Shown: one piece after another, positions 28,700 through 41,873 of the stretch
Layout of the letters: every line of letters starts with the position of its first letter
Position numbering within the stretch: position 1 is the stretch's first letter
Source of the DNA: the human T2T-CHM13v2.0 reference genome, Homo sapiens
Length of the DNA: 64,000 nt
Strand: one strand, 5' to 3'
Assembly: GCF_009914755.1 (NCBI RefSeq)
Contig: NC_060933.1
Translations under genes and position numbers: made by a program
The notes under the pieces: generated by a model
What the model was told of the DNA's origin: nothing
The model's database searches: none
What the model saw: the letters and a program-made list of their open reading frames with translations, nothing else

Positions 28700-30600
28700 A
28701 ATTTCCTCTCAAAACATTCCAGTGCATCATGTATTTTACCCATTCAATCCACCTGGACAATGTCTCCTGTAGCCTTCTCATCTGATGCAATCTAGACATA
28801 TGACCTCCCAACCTGTTGCAGAGCCATCATCTGGGATCTTTCTCTTCCAGAACTTGGACTTTTCCCGTTTTTGTTCTGCATGTATCTCCTTCCTTCCTGC
28901 CTCCACTATTCTATGTCTTCCTTTTCTTGGTTTACCTCTTGATTTGGTGGAACTCATCCTCCAATAGCTTTCTAAGAAAAGGCAAACAAGAAATTTTTGG
29001 AGACTCATTGTGTCTGAAAATGCTTTTATTGTACCCTGAAACTTAACTAACAGTTTGCCTGAATATAGAATATTAGTTTGAATTTTTTCTTAAAATTTTT
29101 GAAGGCATATATTGATTGTCTTCTAACTTTAAGTGAGGCTGTTGAGAGGTCCAAAGTGTCCTGATTATTGATTTCAAAAATGTAATCCTTTTTTTAAATC
29201 TGGAAATTTTAAAAATCTTTTCATATTTAGTATTCTGAAATTTTACGAAGATGTGTCTTAGGTTTACGTTAATTCACTGTGCTGGATACTTCAGTGAGCT
29301 GTTTCCATCTAGAAACTCATTTTTTTCAGTTCTGGGAAATTTTCTTGAATTATATTGTTGATTAATTCTTCTCTGTGTTTTCTCTCAGGAAATTCTATCA
29401 TTTAAATACTAAACCACCCTCTTGGACTGGACTTCAAATTCTTACTTATGTCTTCAATTTTCTAGGAGAACTTTTAAAAATTTATTTTGAGTTCTGTCAT
29501 TCTCATTTTTTTCTTTAAAAATGACTTTTCATTTCACTTAGAATAAAACTTGAATTCCCTGTCATGGTCTACAAGGTCACAAAAGATAGTGCTGTTGAAA
29601 ATGTCTGAAACTTCTCCTCACACCATATTTGCCTTCTCTCACCTATATTCCAATACCTTTCATCACTCAAGAATTTTGCATATTTTATTTCCTCTTCTGG
29701 AAAATCTTTTGCTCCAACTTTTTAATGGACCTTTTTCATATTGCAGATTTTGCAATATCCTTTTTTAAGAAGACTTCCATAACCTCATAAACAAAATATT
29801 CTTTCCTGTTATTCTCTTCCTAGTACTCAGTTTTCTTTCTTTAAAGTCTTTATTAATTCTTTCAGTAAGGGTGTGTAAGTAGAAAACTCTTAGTTTTTCT
29901 CTGCATGGAAAGGTGCTAGTATAGCTGAAAATGGAATCCTGGCTCAGCAGTCACTTTCCTCCAGCCTTTGGAAATATTACTTTCATTGTTTGGCATTGTT
30001 TGTTATGAAAAGGTTTCTGTCAATATTCTCATTCCTCTTTAGATCATCTGCCATTTCTTTCTAGTAGCATTTTAGATTTTCTCTTTGTCTTTCATATTAT
30101 TTAGTTTCATTAAAATGTGTGTAGATATACATTTTTTTTACTTCTTATGTGGGACTTAGTTTCAATCTCAGGACTTGTGTCATTTTTCAGTGCTGTTTCA
30201 TCCCACCATTCTCTTTTGGATATATTGCTCAAGGGCATACTATGTTTTTTCTTCTAGAACTTGAGGTAGACATGTGTTGGAGCTCCTCATTCTCTCCTTC
30301 ATTTCTCCTCTCTTGTTATTTGCCTTTGCAGCATTTAGGGATTTTTCTTCAGAGAAGCCTTTCAGACCTCTTGTTTTCTCATAAGTTTTGTCTATTCTGA
30401 TGCTTAATTTACTGAGTTTACCTCTTCTTTCATTTACTGTATTTTTCATTCTTAGAATTTCTATTTGGATCTTTTTCAAAATTGCCCAGTCCTTTTTCAA
30501 AATCTTAGTCATTTCATAATGTCTCATGGAGTCATTTCCTAGCTACACTTCTTTGCACATTTTAAATACGTTGAGTTGAAAGTCTCCATCAGGTTGTTCT
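28700..30600 (-). mobile_element. Ancient L1/HAL1 ORF1-region fragments, with a probable L2 piece at ~29535-29850
   Basis: T-rich antisense L1-like DNA. The minus-strand ORF 30240-30527 contains LKKIQIEILRMKNTVNE, resembling the L1 ORF1p coiled coil. Confidence 0.6.
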
Positions 30601-30619
30601 AGTCTCACTAGGTAGGGGT

Positions 30620-31067
30620 TGTAGTAGGCTTAATGATAGCCCCCAAAAAAGGCATTCCACATTCTAATCCCTGGGACCTGGGGATACTATACAGCAAAAG
30701 AGAAAATATCACCATACGTGGGGAAAGATGTGACTAAAGGGAGGACCTTAAGAAGAGGATTTTATCCTGAATTATTCAGGTGGATCCTAAATGTAATCAC
30801 ATGTATCCCTATAAGAAAAATGCAGCAGGCATTTTGAGAAACATTGAGGAGAGTGTGATGTAAAGACCAAGGCAGGGATTAGAGTGATGTTACTATATAC
30901 CAATAAATACCTGGAGCCACTGGAAGCTGGAAGAGGCAAGGAATGGACTCTCCCCTAGAGCCTTCAGAGGGAGTGTGCTCCTGTTAACACCTCGATTTCA
31001 GAGTTCTGTTATTTTAAGCTACCCAGTTTGTGGCCATTTGTTATAGCAGTCACAGAAAACTAGTACG
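30620..31067 (+). mobile_element. MLT1C/D-like MaLR LTR
   Basis: tgtagtagg...ttctaatccctgggacctg...gaagctggaagaggcaaggaatgga...tttgttatagcagtcacagaaaactagtac. Confidence 0.85.
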
Positions 31068-31444
31068 GCCATTAATTATCTAATTTTTAAATCTGACTAG
31101 TCTAACCTTCAGGTTTTGTCATTTCTGTTCTGTTGGTGTGCCTTCAGCGAGAGTTGTGTTTTCCCAGAAATCTTGTCTATACCTAAACATTATGGAGTTA
31201 TCCCAGGTGACAGCTTAACATTTTTTCCCTCCCTGGGAGCTGCAGGTTTGAATTGTTCCTGGTCTGTTTTGGTGTTGTATCAGCACAGAACCACACAACA
31301 CAGAGTAGTGTGAATTTGGCCTACATCCATGCATAGTGTAGTATGGGTTTCTGATCTGTTGAGGGTGACTGTATTTCCACCCTGTAGTGAATTCTTACCA
31401 TTTTATGTTGTCTTGATATCCATTTTGAATACAAGTTTTAACTT

Positions 31445-32183
31445 TCTTAGACCAGAAACAGGGCTCAGTCAACCTTGACACAATTTCCAGTTCTACACCG
31501 CACCCAAATGGCTCAAGCTGGTGGACAGAAATAAGAATTTAGGAGCATCTCTCTTACCTAGAAGACTGGGCTCCCTGCTTTCTTACAGCTTCCTTTAAAT
31601 GGACCATCAGGCATTTGCCCATGAATTTAAAGTACTCCATTCCCTATTCCCTTATATGTGCTGCTAATCGCTAGATGTGCTCTCTCTCTTCCTGACTCAT
31701 CATTCTCATCATTCCTGGGTTGATTGCAAGACCCGGGGATGGAGGACTGCTCCCCTGAATTATTATTCCTTCCTTGTCCACAATCTGTAAATAAAACTCT
31801 CCGAACTTGTTTTCTGTTGTGCTGGGTATTGAAAGTGCACCTTCCATCTGAAGAACTAGGGGCTGCCCCAGGCTGGCCTTTCCCCAGGATGCCAGGTAGA
31901 ACACAAGGTCAGTCTCCCAGTGCTAGAGCCATGGTCAGGCAGGTATAAAGTGAACATGGGTCAGATAAGAGCCACAAGGGCATCTGTGAGTAGAAACAAG
32001 TTTTCTTTGTGAACCCCTGGTGACAGTTTGGGCAACTAGGTATGAGGTTGTTCACCAGGTTAAAGAAATATCCCTTAAAGGCACTGTAAATGCCATATCC
32101 AGCTCCCCTTCATTTTTCATTTAGGCAAAGTTGCTAACTTCTCTGGTACTGGGACCCCAATTTAGCCAAGAGCTCTCTAAACA
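31445..32183 (+). mobile_element. Old LTR, probably ERVL MER54/MER73-like
   Basis: Internal aataaa and terminal ctggtactgggaccccaatttagc...ctctctaaaca; subfamily recalled from memory. Confidence 0.55.
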
Positions 32184-32614
32184 CAATCATAGATCAAGGA
32201 GGCCATCATGCTTCTTACTAACTTCCTGAGCAGGTAAACAAAGTTCTCATAGTCTCTCTTCATTGATGTGGCACCTTGACTTTATACAAAAATCCTAGTC
32301 CTGACACCTAATCCATGAGCTACTTATGACTCCCGCCACAAAACTGTCTGTCTACTCTTAATACCCCTTTGGGTCACAAGGATTTATCTCTAAGACTTTA
32401 ATTTGGGTTTTAGTTTCATTTGGCGTGTGGAGGTTTTTCTTCTTTTAAATTTTTTTTGTTATGTTTTATCAAGCATATGTATGTGTTCATAGCAAGATAC
32501 AAGAGTTTACACACCTGTTCTGTCTTCCATCTTCCCTGGAAATCTCAAAGCTTCCTTCTCCAATTTGAAGGAGGGTTCACTTCACATAGTCTTACTTTTC
32601 CGGCAAGGTGAATA

Positions 32615-32800
32615 TTAGAACAGTTTTCAGTTTTCACTGTGGATCAGAATCACTCGGGACAATTTGAAAGATACAGAAGCCAATGCTTTACCCTGAAAAA
32701 GTTAGTTTCTGTTATATGGTGGGCCAAGGCATAGATATTTTCTGCACTGTCTTTAGGTGTTTCCACGGTGCAGCCACAGTAGAGAAATATTGTCCTAAGG
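32615..32800. mobile_element. MER5-like hAT MITE
   Basis: cagttttc...tcagaatcac...aggtgtttcc...tgcagcca...gagaaatattg. Confidence 0.55.
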
Positions 32801-33539
32801 GATAATAAGGCTCAGCTCCAGAATTCCAACCATTCAAATAAAAACACACTGGGCTGGACCTAGGACTTGACTCAGCAGAGAATGGGCCAACCAGAGAAGA
32901 GCCTAGAATTTTAGTTCAAGAATGCTACATACAGCACTAGATAAATCGGAGGAGCAGGTCATCAAGTATCCAAGGAGTTGAGCAGTGAACCACATGTTCT
33001 CTCAGGAAATAAATTTCCTGCGAAGCTCCATGGAAACCAGTTATGGTCCAGTGCTTAAGGCATTCAATCAATCAATCCTCATCGTGGAAAAAGCTGGAAC
33101 TTCAGCTCTCCATTATGCCAGAAGAACAGTTGGTAGTTCTCCAGCCATCAATTCTGATGAGGCTCATCCTGCTGCTGCTTGCTATAACATGCAAGCCTTG
33201 GACCCAGCCTATGATCATGAAAACTGAGCTGGCAGGATCCAGCTGGAGTTGAAGTTTTGTCATATTGCTATTAAACCCTAGCCTCTGATCACTGCAGGGC
33301 AGGGGCCAGTACTTCCTTGATCATGCAACAGAAAAGCCAGGGTCCCACTTCAAGAGTCTAAATTCAGTCCTACCAGATTGCTGTGTGCAATCTCAGAGAG
33401 TCCTGGACAACAGTGTACACATGTACCAGCTACTAATCCTGTGCCCATGAACTTTCCCTCTAATTATGCTAGTCAATGATCAGCCCAGCATGTCTGTCAT
33501 ATATGCTATCTAGGCTTCTCTCCTTGCTTACATGAAGAT

Positions 33540-33712
33540 ATTGTATCTTTTACTTATTAATTTTTATTGCTGTTTCTTACATGTAGAATGTAAACTTCAT
33601 TCAGGCAGATATTGCCTTTGGTTCACTGTCTAGGATGGCTCCGGACACATAGGTGGTACTCAATATTTTTGAATGAGTGAATGAATGAACGGGTGGATGA
33701 ATGAATAGATGA
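33540..33712 (+). mobile_element. L2 3' terminus
   Basis: tagaatgtaaacttcat...tactcaatatttttgaatgagtgaatgaatgaa. Confidence 0.8.
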
Positions 33713-34220
33713 AAATTAAGGAGCTTGAAATAGAAGGTCAAGAACCTAGGCAGGTAGTTATGGTAGACTGATGTCTCTAATATGCCTAGAAATGGAGGTG
33801 TAGCCTTAGGGAAGTCATCCTAACCCTCTTAAGACTTAGATTCCTCATGTGTAAGCTACATAATAGAGGCTTTTATTTCTAGATTAAAATTAGCTAATTC
33901 CTGACTTGAAACCATAACAAAATTTATTATAAATGACTTCAAATGCTTCCATATGTAAACAGAGCCACTTTCTTTCTGACTCACTTTGGAGACAGATCCA
34001 AGACAAGGCTCCAGGAAAAGCAAGGTTACCGTGAGTCAAAATAGTAAAAGCTGGGTGTTAATTTTCAAGTGGACAATTGAGGTATCATGGTTGTTTCCCC
34101 TTAAAAAAGAATCATTGTATTCAGAAGTAAGAGATTAAGGGTTCCTTAGGGAACACCTTCCCCCATACTTGCTGGAAATGAGGCAATGGCCAAATAAAAA
34201 TGGCATAAAAATAATTATCT

Positions 34221-34537
34221 GGCCGGGCATGGTGGCTCACACCTGTAATCCCAGCACTTTGGGAGGCTGAGGTGGGTGGATAGCCTGGAGGTCGGGAGTT
34301 CCAGACCAGCCTGACCAACATGGTGAAATCCCATCTCTACTAAAAATACAAAATTAGCCGGGCTTGTTGGCACATGCCTCCAATCCCAGCTACTCAGGAG
34401 GCTGAGGCAGGAGAATTGGTTGAACCTGGGAGGTAGAGGTTGCGGTGAGCCGAGATCACACCATTGCACTTCAGCCTGAGCAACAAGAACGAAACTCTGT
34501 CTCAAAAAATAATATTATTATTATTATTATTATTATT
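34221..34537 (+). mobile_element. AluSp-like with (ATT)n tail
   Basis: ggccgggcatggtggctcac...gaggtcgggagtt...cctgaccaacatgg...caacaagaacgaaactc. Confidence 0.95.
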
Positions 34538-34767
34538 TGACATCTTTAAGATGATTGCTACTTTGCTTAATTCAACTTAACCAGGGAACTTTTCTATATT
34601 GACTTTCAAAAAGCACTTTGCAAAATTATTTAATGCTTCCTTAGTTTGTGGACAGAATGGTTTTGGAAACAAATGTGGCCTTCCTGTTTTAGGGTTTAAT
34701 AAAGGTTGAGATGTTGGGGTGTGGGTGGAGGAGGTAAATATGGGTCAGCATGGCTTCCTTGGGTCTC

Positions 34768-35110
34768 CCATAGCATCACAGAATATTAGGGTTGGAAGAG
34801 TGGTGAGAGTTAATCTGTGACCACCCTTGCCTGGGTCAAGCCCTAGTGAGAGGAAATTTATTTGAATATCTCCCCTGCAACCCCAGTCCATCTGCATTTT
34901 GCAAAGCTTTCTTAGCAAGGACTTCCTGGTGCTGAACCAACATCTGTGTCCTCGGAACTACTGCCCATGGGCTCAGATCTCCTGGGAGTACACAAAATAA
35001 CTCATTCATTATGACTTGGCATCCCTTTATGACTCCCTTGTGCTCTTCCTCCCTCATCCATCCCCCTACTGAAAACTCTGTATGGCTTGCCAAATACCCA
35101 AAAGAAAGGG
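34768..35110 (-). mobile_element. CR1/L3 LINE 3' remnant
   Basis: atcacagaatattagggttggaag... and ctgaaccaacatctg...gcccatgggctcag...cacaaaataac resemble the antisense L3 3' end. Confidence 0.5.
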
Positions 35111-35242
35111 CAAGGAACCAAGCTCTGCCTGGTAACACTAACATCCAGCCCACGATTCTTGGTTACTCTTGAATGGCATCAGCTCATTTTCCCTCACCTG
35201 TTCTCCAGGCTTCATCTCATTCTTGGCACAAGGGGAAATAAC

Positions 35243-35575
<333 letters not shown>

Positions 35576-38500
35576 TAACTTTTTAAGGGATCAAAGAGGT
35601 TAAAAGTCAGGTGTGTCTCCTTTTTCTTCTCTGGGAAAAAAATAATCTCTCAGTGGTGTCAACACAACGAATAGGGCTCCTCACAGCCTTTGTATTTGAG
35701 GTCCATCTAAAATCTTCCTGGGTGCTGTGAAGAACCAGTAAAATGAGGGAGTCTGGGTGATCCACGTGATAGCGAGCTTTGCCATCCCTAATGAGGGAGA
35801 AAAAAAAATCGGTGAAAGGCATTGCTTATTTGCTTGCTCAGCCAAGGGTTGGGTGGGAGGGTGGTGTTTGTTAACTTAAAGATAGCCTTAATTTTATTTG
35901 TTTTTTCCTAAGGAACATCTGCTTATACAATGATTAGGCATTGACATTCATTAACACAGGAAGTAAAATGTCTGAGGTTTGTGTCACCAGGAGTGTTCAA
36001 CAACAAAATAAGACAGACACTCGTGGGAGTGATTTGAGTGCATTTTTCACACTGTGCAAAGGTTCACTCTAGAAGAATGTGTAGTATTCAGAGGATGCAG
36101 CCATTGAGAATGCGGTTTTCTGCAGCAATAGGTCATTTTCCCTAGAACTGTGGGCACGGGATGGATGATGTGGATGATGAGGGACATTGACCATGTGCAT
36201 GCGCCATGTGAATGAATGCCTAATGAGGACTGGTGGCAGCAACATCTCAAAAAATACTTTCTGAATAAATGAATAAATTTCTCAGGCACACAGTGAAAAG
36301 AATGCAGTACATTCTGTGCACTCTTTCTACATTCCAGGGTGCATTTACATATATTATGGTATTTTCTTTCCTAACCTTCCTATGAGGACTAGAGCAACCA
36401 CCACTCCCCGCCCCACCCCACCCCCAACCCCCAGCTTCCGCTTTTTACAAATAAGTATCTGGTCCTTGTCCTGTGAGTTAGTGTTGGAACTAAGGTGAAT
36501 TTCTTAATCCTTGATAGAATTCCAGGACACTCAGCCATTTGGCCAGAGACTTTAAGGAAAACACTCTCAATTCTTAGTTCTCATTTGTGATATCAGAATA
36601 CAGCATCAATATATCCTGAACGCCCTGCCCCCTTCCACCCTCCTCCCTTGGTTAAAAAGAAAAAAAGTGATGCTATCAAAAATCAGATTTTTGAGCATGT
36701 TAAGTATTGTAGGACAAGTGCGACAAAAAGGAAAATAATATAATTTAAAAGTCAGTTATTCCATTTCCCAATCTCCTCTTCTAGACTTCCAGCAATAGGC
36801 ATTTGAGTAGATATTTGAAAAAGTGTAAAACGCGGCAGTCAATTGAATTTTTCCTGTTAATGAAATGAGAGAATCGAACGCCTCCACAAAGAAGTGATAT
36901 GTCATTGTCCCTTGGCTCTGAGGAGAAGGTGGAACTAGACTTCAGACTCCTAGAACGCAGGAGATGTGGAGCGCACCGTGGAGATGTACTAGCTCAAACA
37001 TGTCAGGTTACACATGAGGAAGCTGAGGCAGAGAAGGCTCATGAAAAGTGATGTAATCGTCTGAGGCAGGGCTGAGTCTCACCCCCAGGTTTCCTAACTT
37101 CCAGAGCCCTTACAGCTGTGGGCTCCAATTGTCGATTTCACTGGCTCCCTGCAGCTGAAGCAGCCTTTTTCATCACTGGGGCCTTTGTGTGTGTGCGTGT
37201 CCACAGGCATGCCCTATTTTCTCATCTACCCCTCTCCCACAAGACAGAGTTCGACACCTATAACCAAGCACCATAAAGCTGTGCATTAACATTTCAGTAC
37301 CTACAAAATAAAATTAAAGGCTTTCTCTTAGCCTTGTTGTGTCTCAACAGTAAGGATGAAAAACCAAACTACATTGCTCCCCAAATTGTAGTTGTCCCCA
37401 GCAATTTCTAGATTTCACTTAAGAGATCAGTCCCAAAGAACAAGCAGAGGATGAAAAGGAATCTGGGAAAGCTGTCAGCAGCTCCCCACTCTATCCCCCA
37501 TGTGGGTCCCCACCCCCTCCTCAGCCTCAGCCTTGGCTTTTGGAGCCCGCTGCCCTCTTGGGACACAGTCCGCCCTCCATCATCCTACCTACTGGCTCCG
37601 CATCCCTCTCACGTCTTTTTAAAGAGGTATTTTGGGAAGCAGCACACGCACATCCAGACACCAATTACTCAATCTCCCAGCAAGTATGGAGATGATGGAA
37701 GTATAGCCCTGTGATCTCCTAGCAACAGCGTGGGGGAGGCTGCAGCGCGAGCTGGTTGCCCAGCACCACCCTGCGTAGAAGGCATTTGCGCATTTCACTT
37801 TTGTTGTCTTTGACGGCCATTTCTAAAACGGGCTGGCTGTGTATTCTTGGGGGGATTTTAGGCACTTAAGTTACTCTTTTAAAAGATCTCTGCTGACATC
37901 CACAGGTCCTATAATTAACATCTCAAGCCTTCACAGGCCGGAAGTGTTCAGGAAGTGGTCCGTCACCCCTAAAAATACAGAGCCCCCTCTAGGTCCTCCT
38001 CCGGCAGTTTATTAGGGATTTGTCCGGACTGTCCCCTCCTTCCTCCACCCTGCCTTCTCTCGCCTTTACACGTATTCAGCCCAGATGTAGACACTCAAGC
38101 ACTCTTTGTTGGTTTTTTTTTTCTCCTATTTGTGAACTCTGCCCTCTAAAAAAAATCAAGAAGATTACAGTCACTGGACATCTTAGTTTGCTTTTTAGCC
38201 TAAAAAGACTCCCTGGCTGTAGCATAACTCCACACCTGTTGTCCCACTGCCTCCCTAATCTCCAGCTCTACTCCCCATGCCCACCTCCCACAGCAAATGT
38301 GTCACTGACAAGAGGAATGTTTGACAAACTAGAGTAAGAATTGATTAAATGAGGGAGGGAGGTGAGAGCTAGCATGATAGCTAACTCCCCTCACTGGAAG
38401 TACTCAGAATCCCAGGGGAGATGGCTGTTGAGTGCAAAGGCAGTCCTTTCTGTAGTTTATAGCGGAGGGATGGATATTTGGGGAAAGAGAAATAGAGGAT

Positions 38501-40954
38501 CAGAGAGAAATGTGGGATTTCCATTATCAATAAAAGAAAACTAAAGGGCAAGAGACTTGAGGACAGCTGCATCTGCTCTAAATCCAAGACTCACATCTGT
38601 TATTGCTGACCCAGGGGCCCCTCAACTTTGGGAACCCTTGAGAGGCTCAAGCCTTCTGGCTCAGGCTGGAGGGTAAGGGAGAGCAAATGGAAACAAAAGG
38701 ACTGAAATGCTGCTCTTGAGAAAGGGCGGAGTGCCAAGGATCAGGAGGGAGGACTGAGTGCTTTGTTGCAGGAGCACTGATTGGAACAAACAGGAGAGGG
38801 CACTAAACCTACCCTAAGTTAACAACCATCTCTCAGATGTTGGGTGTAAGAAATGATGTCTGAGATAAGAAGATCTGACTCTAAAATAATCTTCCAAATT
38901 TTATTTCAGCCAAGTAATAGGCTGTTTCTTCAATAAACAAGGAAATCTTCTGTTTTCTCTTCTGCCTGTCTGTGCCCTGGTTTGCTCTTCCTTGGGCCAA
39001 AAAGTTTACAAGATGATGTTATTTCCAACAGCCTCCTCTGTGGGACTCATGGCCCATAAAGCCTTGCCAGCCTTTTCCCTTCTAGTCCTTCTGAGGAGAC
39101 TCCTGGTAGGTGCTGACCATCTTGCTTCTCAATGGAATTCAAGCATGAACAGTTTGGGTGATGAAGACATAAGCTAGGACTAAAACTCTACTGGAAAAGG
39201 AGAACAGCAATTCTCACCCTGGCTCCAAATTGCAGGACAAGGTCTGTGGTGGACCCTACAGCCACCCGTGAGCACATGAACTCCTGTTTGCTCCTGGGAC
39301 TGATTCAGGGACTAAAATAAGCCTGGGCTAAGAGGCTTAAGGATTTCAAAAAGGAGGATGAATGTTGGGGGAGAGATGAAAAAGGCAGAGTAGTGCCTGG
39401 TCACTGCTTGTGCTTAATAGTACTCTTTAGAAGTGAGAAATTGGGTAGAGGTGATAAATCTGTTTCTAAGCAAAACTCTAAAGAAATTGCCATGGGGAAA
39501 GGAATTTTGGTCTTACAGGCTTCCTTCTATTATTCTCAGTCACTATACACATGGACTATAGAAAGCCCACATAGCTTAGATGTCTACTCCCATTGGGGAC
39601 ACAGGGATCTGCTAATTCTACAGAGAAGGGTGGATTGGTCAGAACCCCTCTCTAGCTCCCCTGGGCACCAACTTTAATAGGAGCACAAGGTTAGAGCTCA
39701 AGGACCCTCCTTGTTTATATCAAGTTTATAAACATGGATCCAAGTTTATAGTTGGGAAAGAGACAGTTTTGGGAAGCCTCTCAGCTAGGTTAAAGAGAAA
39801 GCCAGGGTTATTTCTCAAGTCTATGGACTAAAGATCAGACATCTAAAGTTACTCTGGCTCCCTGAAGGCTGAAAACCAGCTCATGCTCTCTGCCTAAAGC
39901 TGTGAGCTTGACCTAAAGGCCAAAATGGAACAAAAGACTGAGCCACAGATGTTGATGAGGGTATCTAAGAGACTGTGAAAATAGAATTTCTTCCACCCTT
40001 TTCCTCAGGACTAGTTCCATGTCCAATAAATCTTGTGAATGACCACTTATTCTTCCCAACTTCGTGGAGAAATATACCCAGGAGTAAAGCATGATCTCCA
40101 AATTGTTACTTCTGAGCCTACTGAGGTTGATGATTTTATCGCTTATCTGAAGTTCTGCATGTTCAAGTTCTGCTCTGACACAGGCCTTTGTCAGGAGCCC
40201 AGTTACCATGGCAGTGCCTCCAAAATAGAACAAGCCCAACACACATCCATAGAGGGTACAATAAATAGAATAAGTACTACTTACAATGCATTATTTGGCT
40301 TCTACTGGGTAGTAATTTGTGCAGAGTTGAAAATAACTACAGCTCCCCTCCTTCATTTAATTAAAGGAAAACAATTCCACAAATCGGAAATGTGCAGTGT
40401 TTATATCAGAGTGGAACTCGAGTTCCTGCATGATCAAGAGGCCAGGATCATGGGTAAATTTACTATGGAAACGTTAATGTATTAAAGCTATTGACGTTCA
40501 GAGACTAACTCCAAAGCACTCTTTCTTACAACCCACCTTATACTGTGATTTGGTTTGAGGCACCAGCTAAGTATTAATGAAGATTAGCACCTAAGAAATG
40601 TAACAACATTTTTTCCCACTAGTAGAATGAGCATTTCTCTCTTTTTGCCCATGGCCATCCTGGTTTACCTCTATTGTCCCATGATACCCTCAAGTGGCAT
40701 GCTTTGGATCAAAAATTACATAGGCATCCTAAATCTAAGTAACCCCAGGGTTTAGAAGGCTGGTGGGGGACTGCAGTAAAAAAAAATGTCTAAAATTCCC
40801 TCTGAGAGAGAAGATACTCATGTTTATGGTAGATATTTCAATGAATATTATATAGTTTGGGCTGTTTCTAGGTAAATCCATATCTCAGGGCCTCCGGTCT
40901 CTCATGTTCTCCCTGAGAGGACCTCCACCTTACACAGAGCAAACAGCCTGACTC

Positions 40955-41433
40955 AGAGGAGAATACACTGCCTTTGGAATCAGACAGGTCTGGGGTCCAG
41001 AAACAACTTTGCCTCTTACTCTGTGAAAGTCTGTTAGCCTTGATCTTATACCTTACATGCATAAAAATGAGGCTAACATTCTACTTTAATTGGCTTGCTG
41101 TGAAAACTGAATGATGTTGTGTGTAGGTACAAGTGCCTAACACAATGTCTGGTCTATAGTGAGAAGTGGTTATTCGTGTCTGTTTTTTGTTTTGTTTTGT
41201 TTATTTTCCTACAACAGCTGTGGCTAGCATGGTAGACTGAACACACATGACCTCTGGGATCAGTCAGAACTATAAATGATCAATCCCTGGACAAGTTAAT
41301 TAACCTCTGATGCTCCCCACCTCAAATCTTAAAAAGTAGACATCATCCAAAACATCTCACAAGGTGTAGTGGGGAATGACAGCAATGACAAATGTAAGTC
41401 ACCAAGCATGGATCCTGCCACTTAGTAGACAGT
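40955..41433 (+). mobile_element. Two tandem MIR copies (~40955-41170 and ~41225-41433)
   Basis: gcctttggaatcagacagg...gtgcctaacacaatgtctgg; cctggacaagttaattaacctctga...atctcacaaggtg. Confidence 0.7.
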
Positions 41434-41873
41434 TGTCACATTTAGGCTCCCTGGGAAGCAGACACCGGGATGGAGAACAGAATGTAGGATGTTTATTAAG
41501 GAGTGCCACTGAGATCAATACTTGTATAAGGAAAGAAAGGGAAGCAGGATTGGTCAAAAAATGAATTAAACTGTGATATAGGTCTAAGGACAGTCTCAAC
41601 CTTCCCCCAAAGGGAGCTCTGGCACAACTATGGCTTTCCAGAGTTCTCCAAGTTTCGCCAAGACAGCTAGGCCTTTAGATTCGCACATTTATTAGTGACT
41701 GGATGGAAGCTGCCCCAGGAAGATGCATGAACTTGAACAAAGTGGCTTTCTGTAGCTGAAGCAGCCTGTGAAGGTGCTGACAGCTGTAGGCTGTCTGCTA
41801 CACTTCCAGGAGCCAAATTGACAATTCCTACAGTGAAGAAGTATTTGGAGGGCACAGCTCTGTGTCCACCACA
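41434..41873 (-). mobile_element. LTR16-like ERVL LTR (3' LTR)
   Basis: tgtc...ccctgggaagcagac...gaagcaggattgg...gtccaccaca; preceded on the - strand by the purine tract GAGAGGAGTGGA. Confidence 0.75.

Noticed and set aside
37755-37770. 16-mer GTTGCCCAGCACCACC also found near 59024 in the MER41 LTR
   Set aside because: A 16-mer match is borderline expected by chance in this window, and the flanks are unrelated.
40039-40485. 148-aa ATG-initiated ORF
   Set aside because: No recognisable homology or supporting signals; would need Ribo-seq or conservation evidence.
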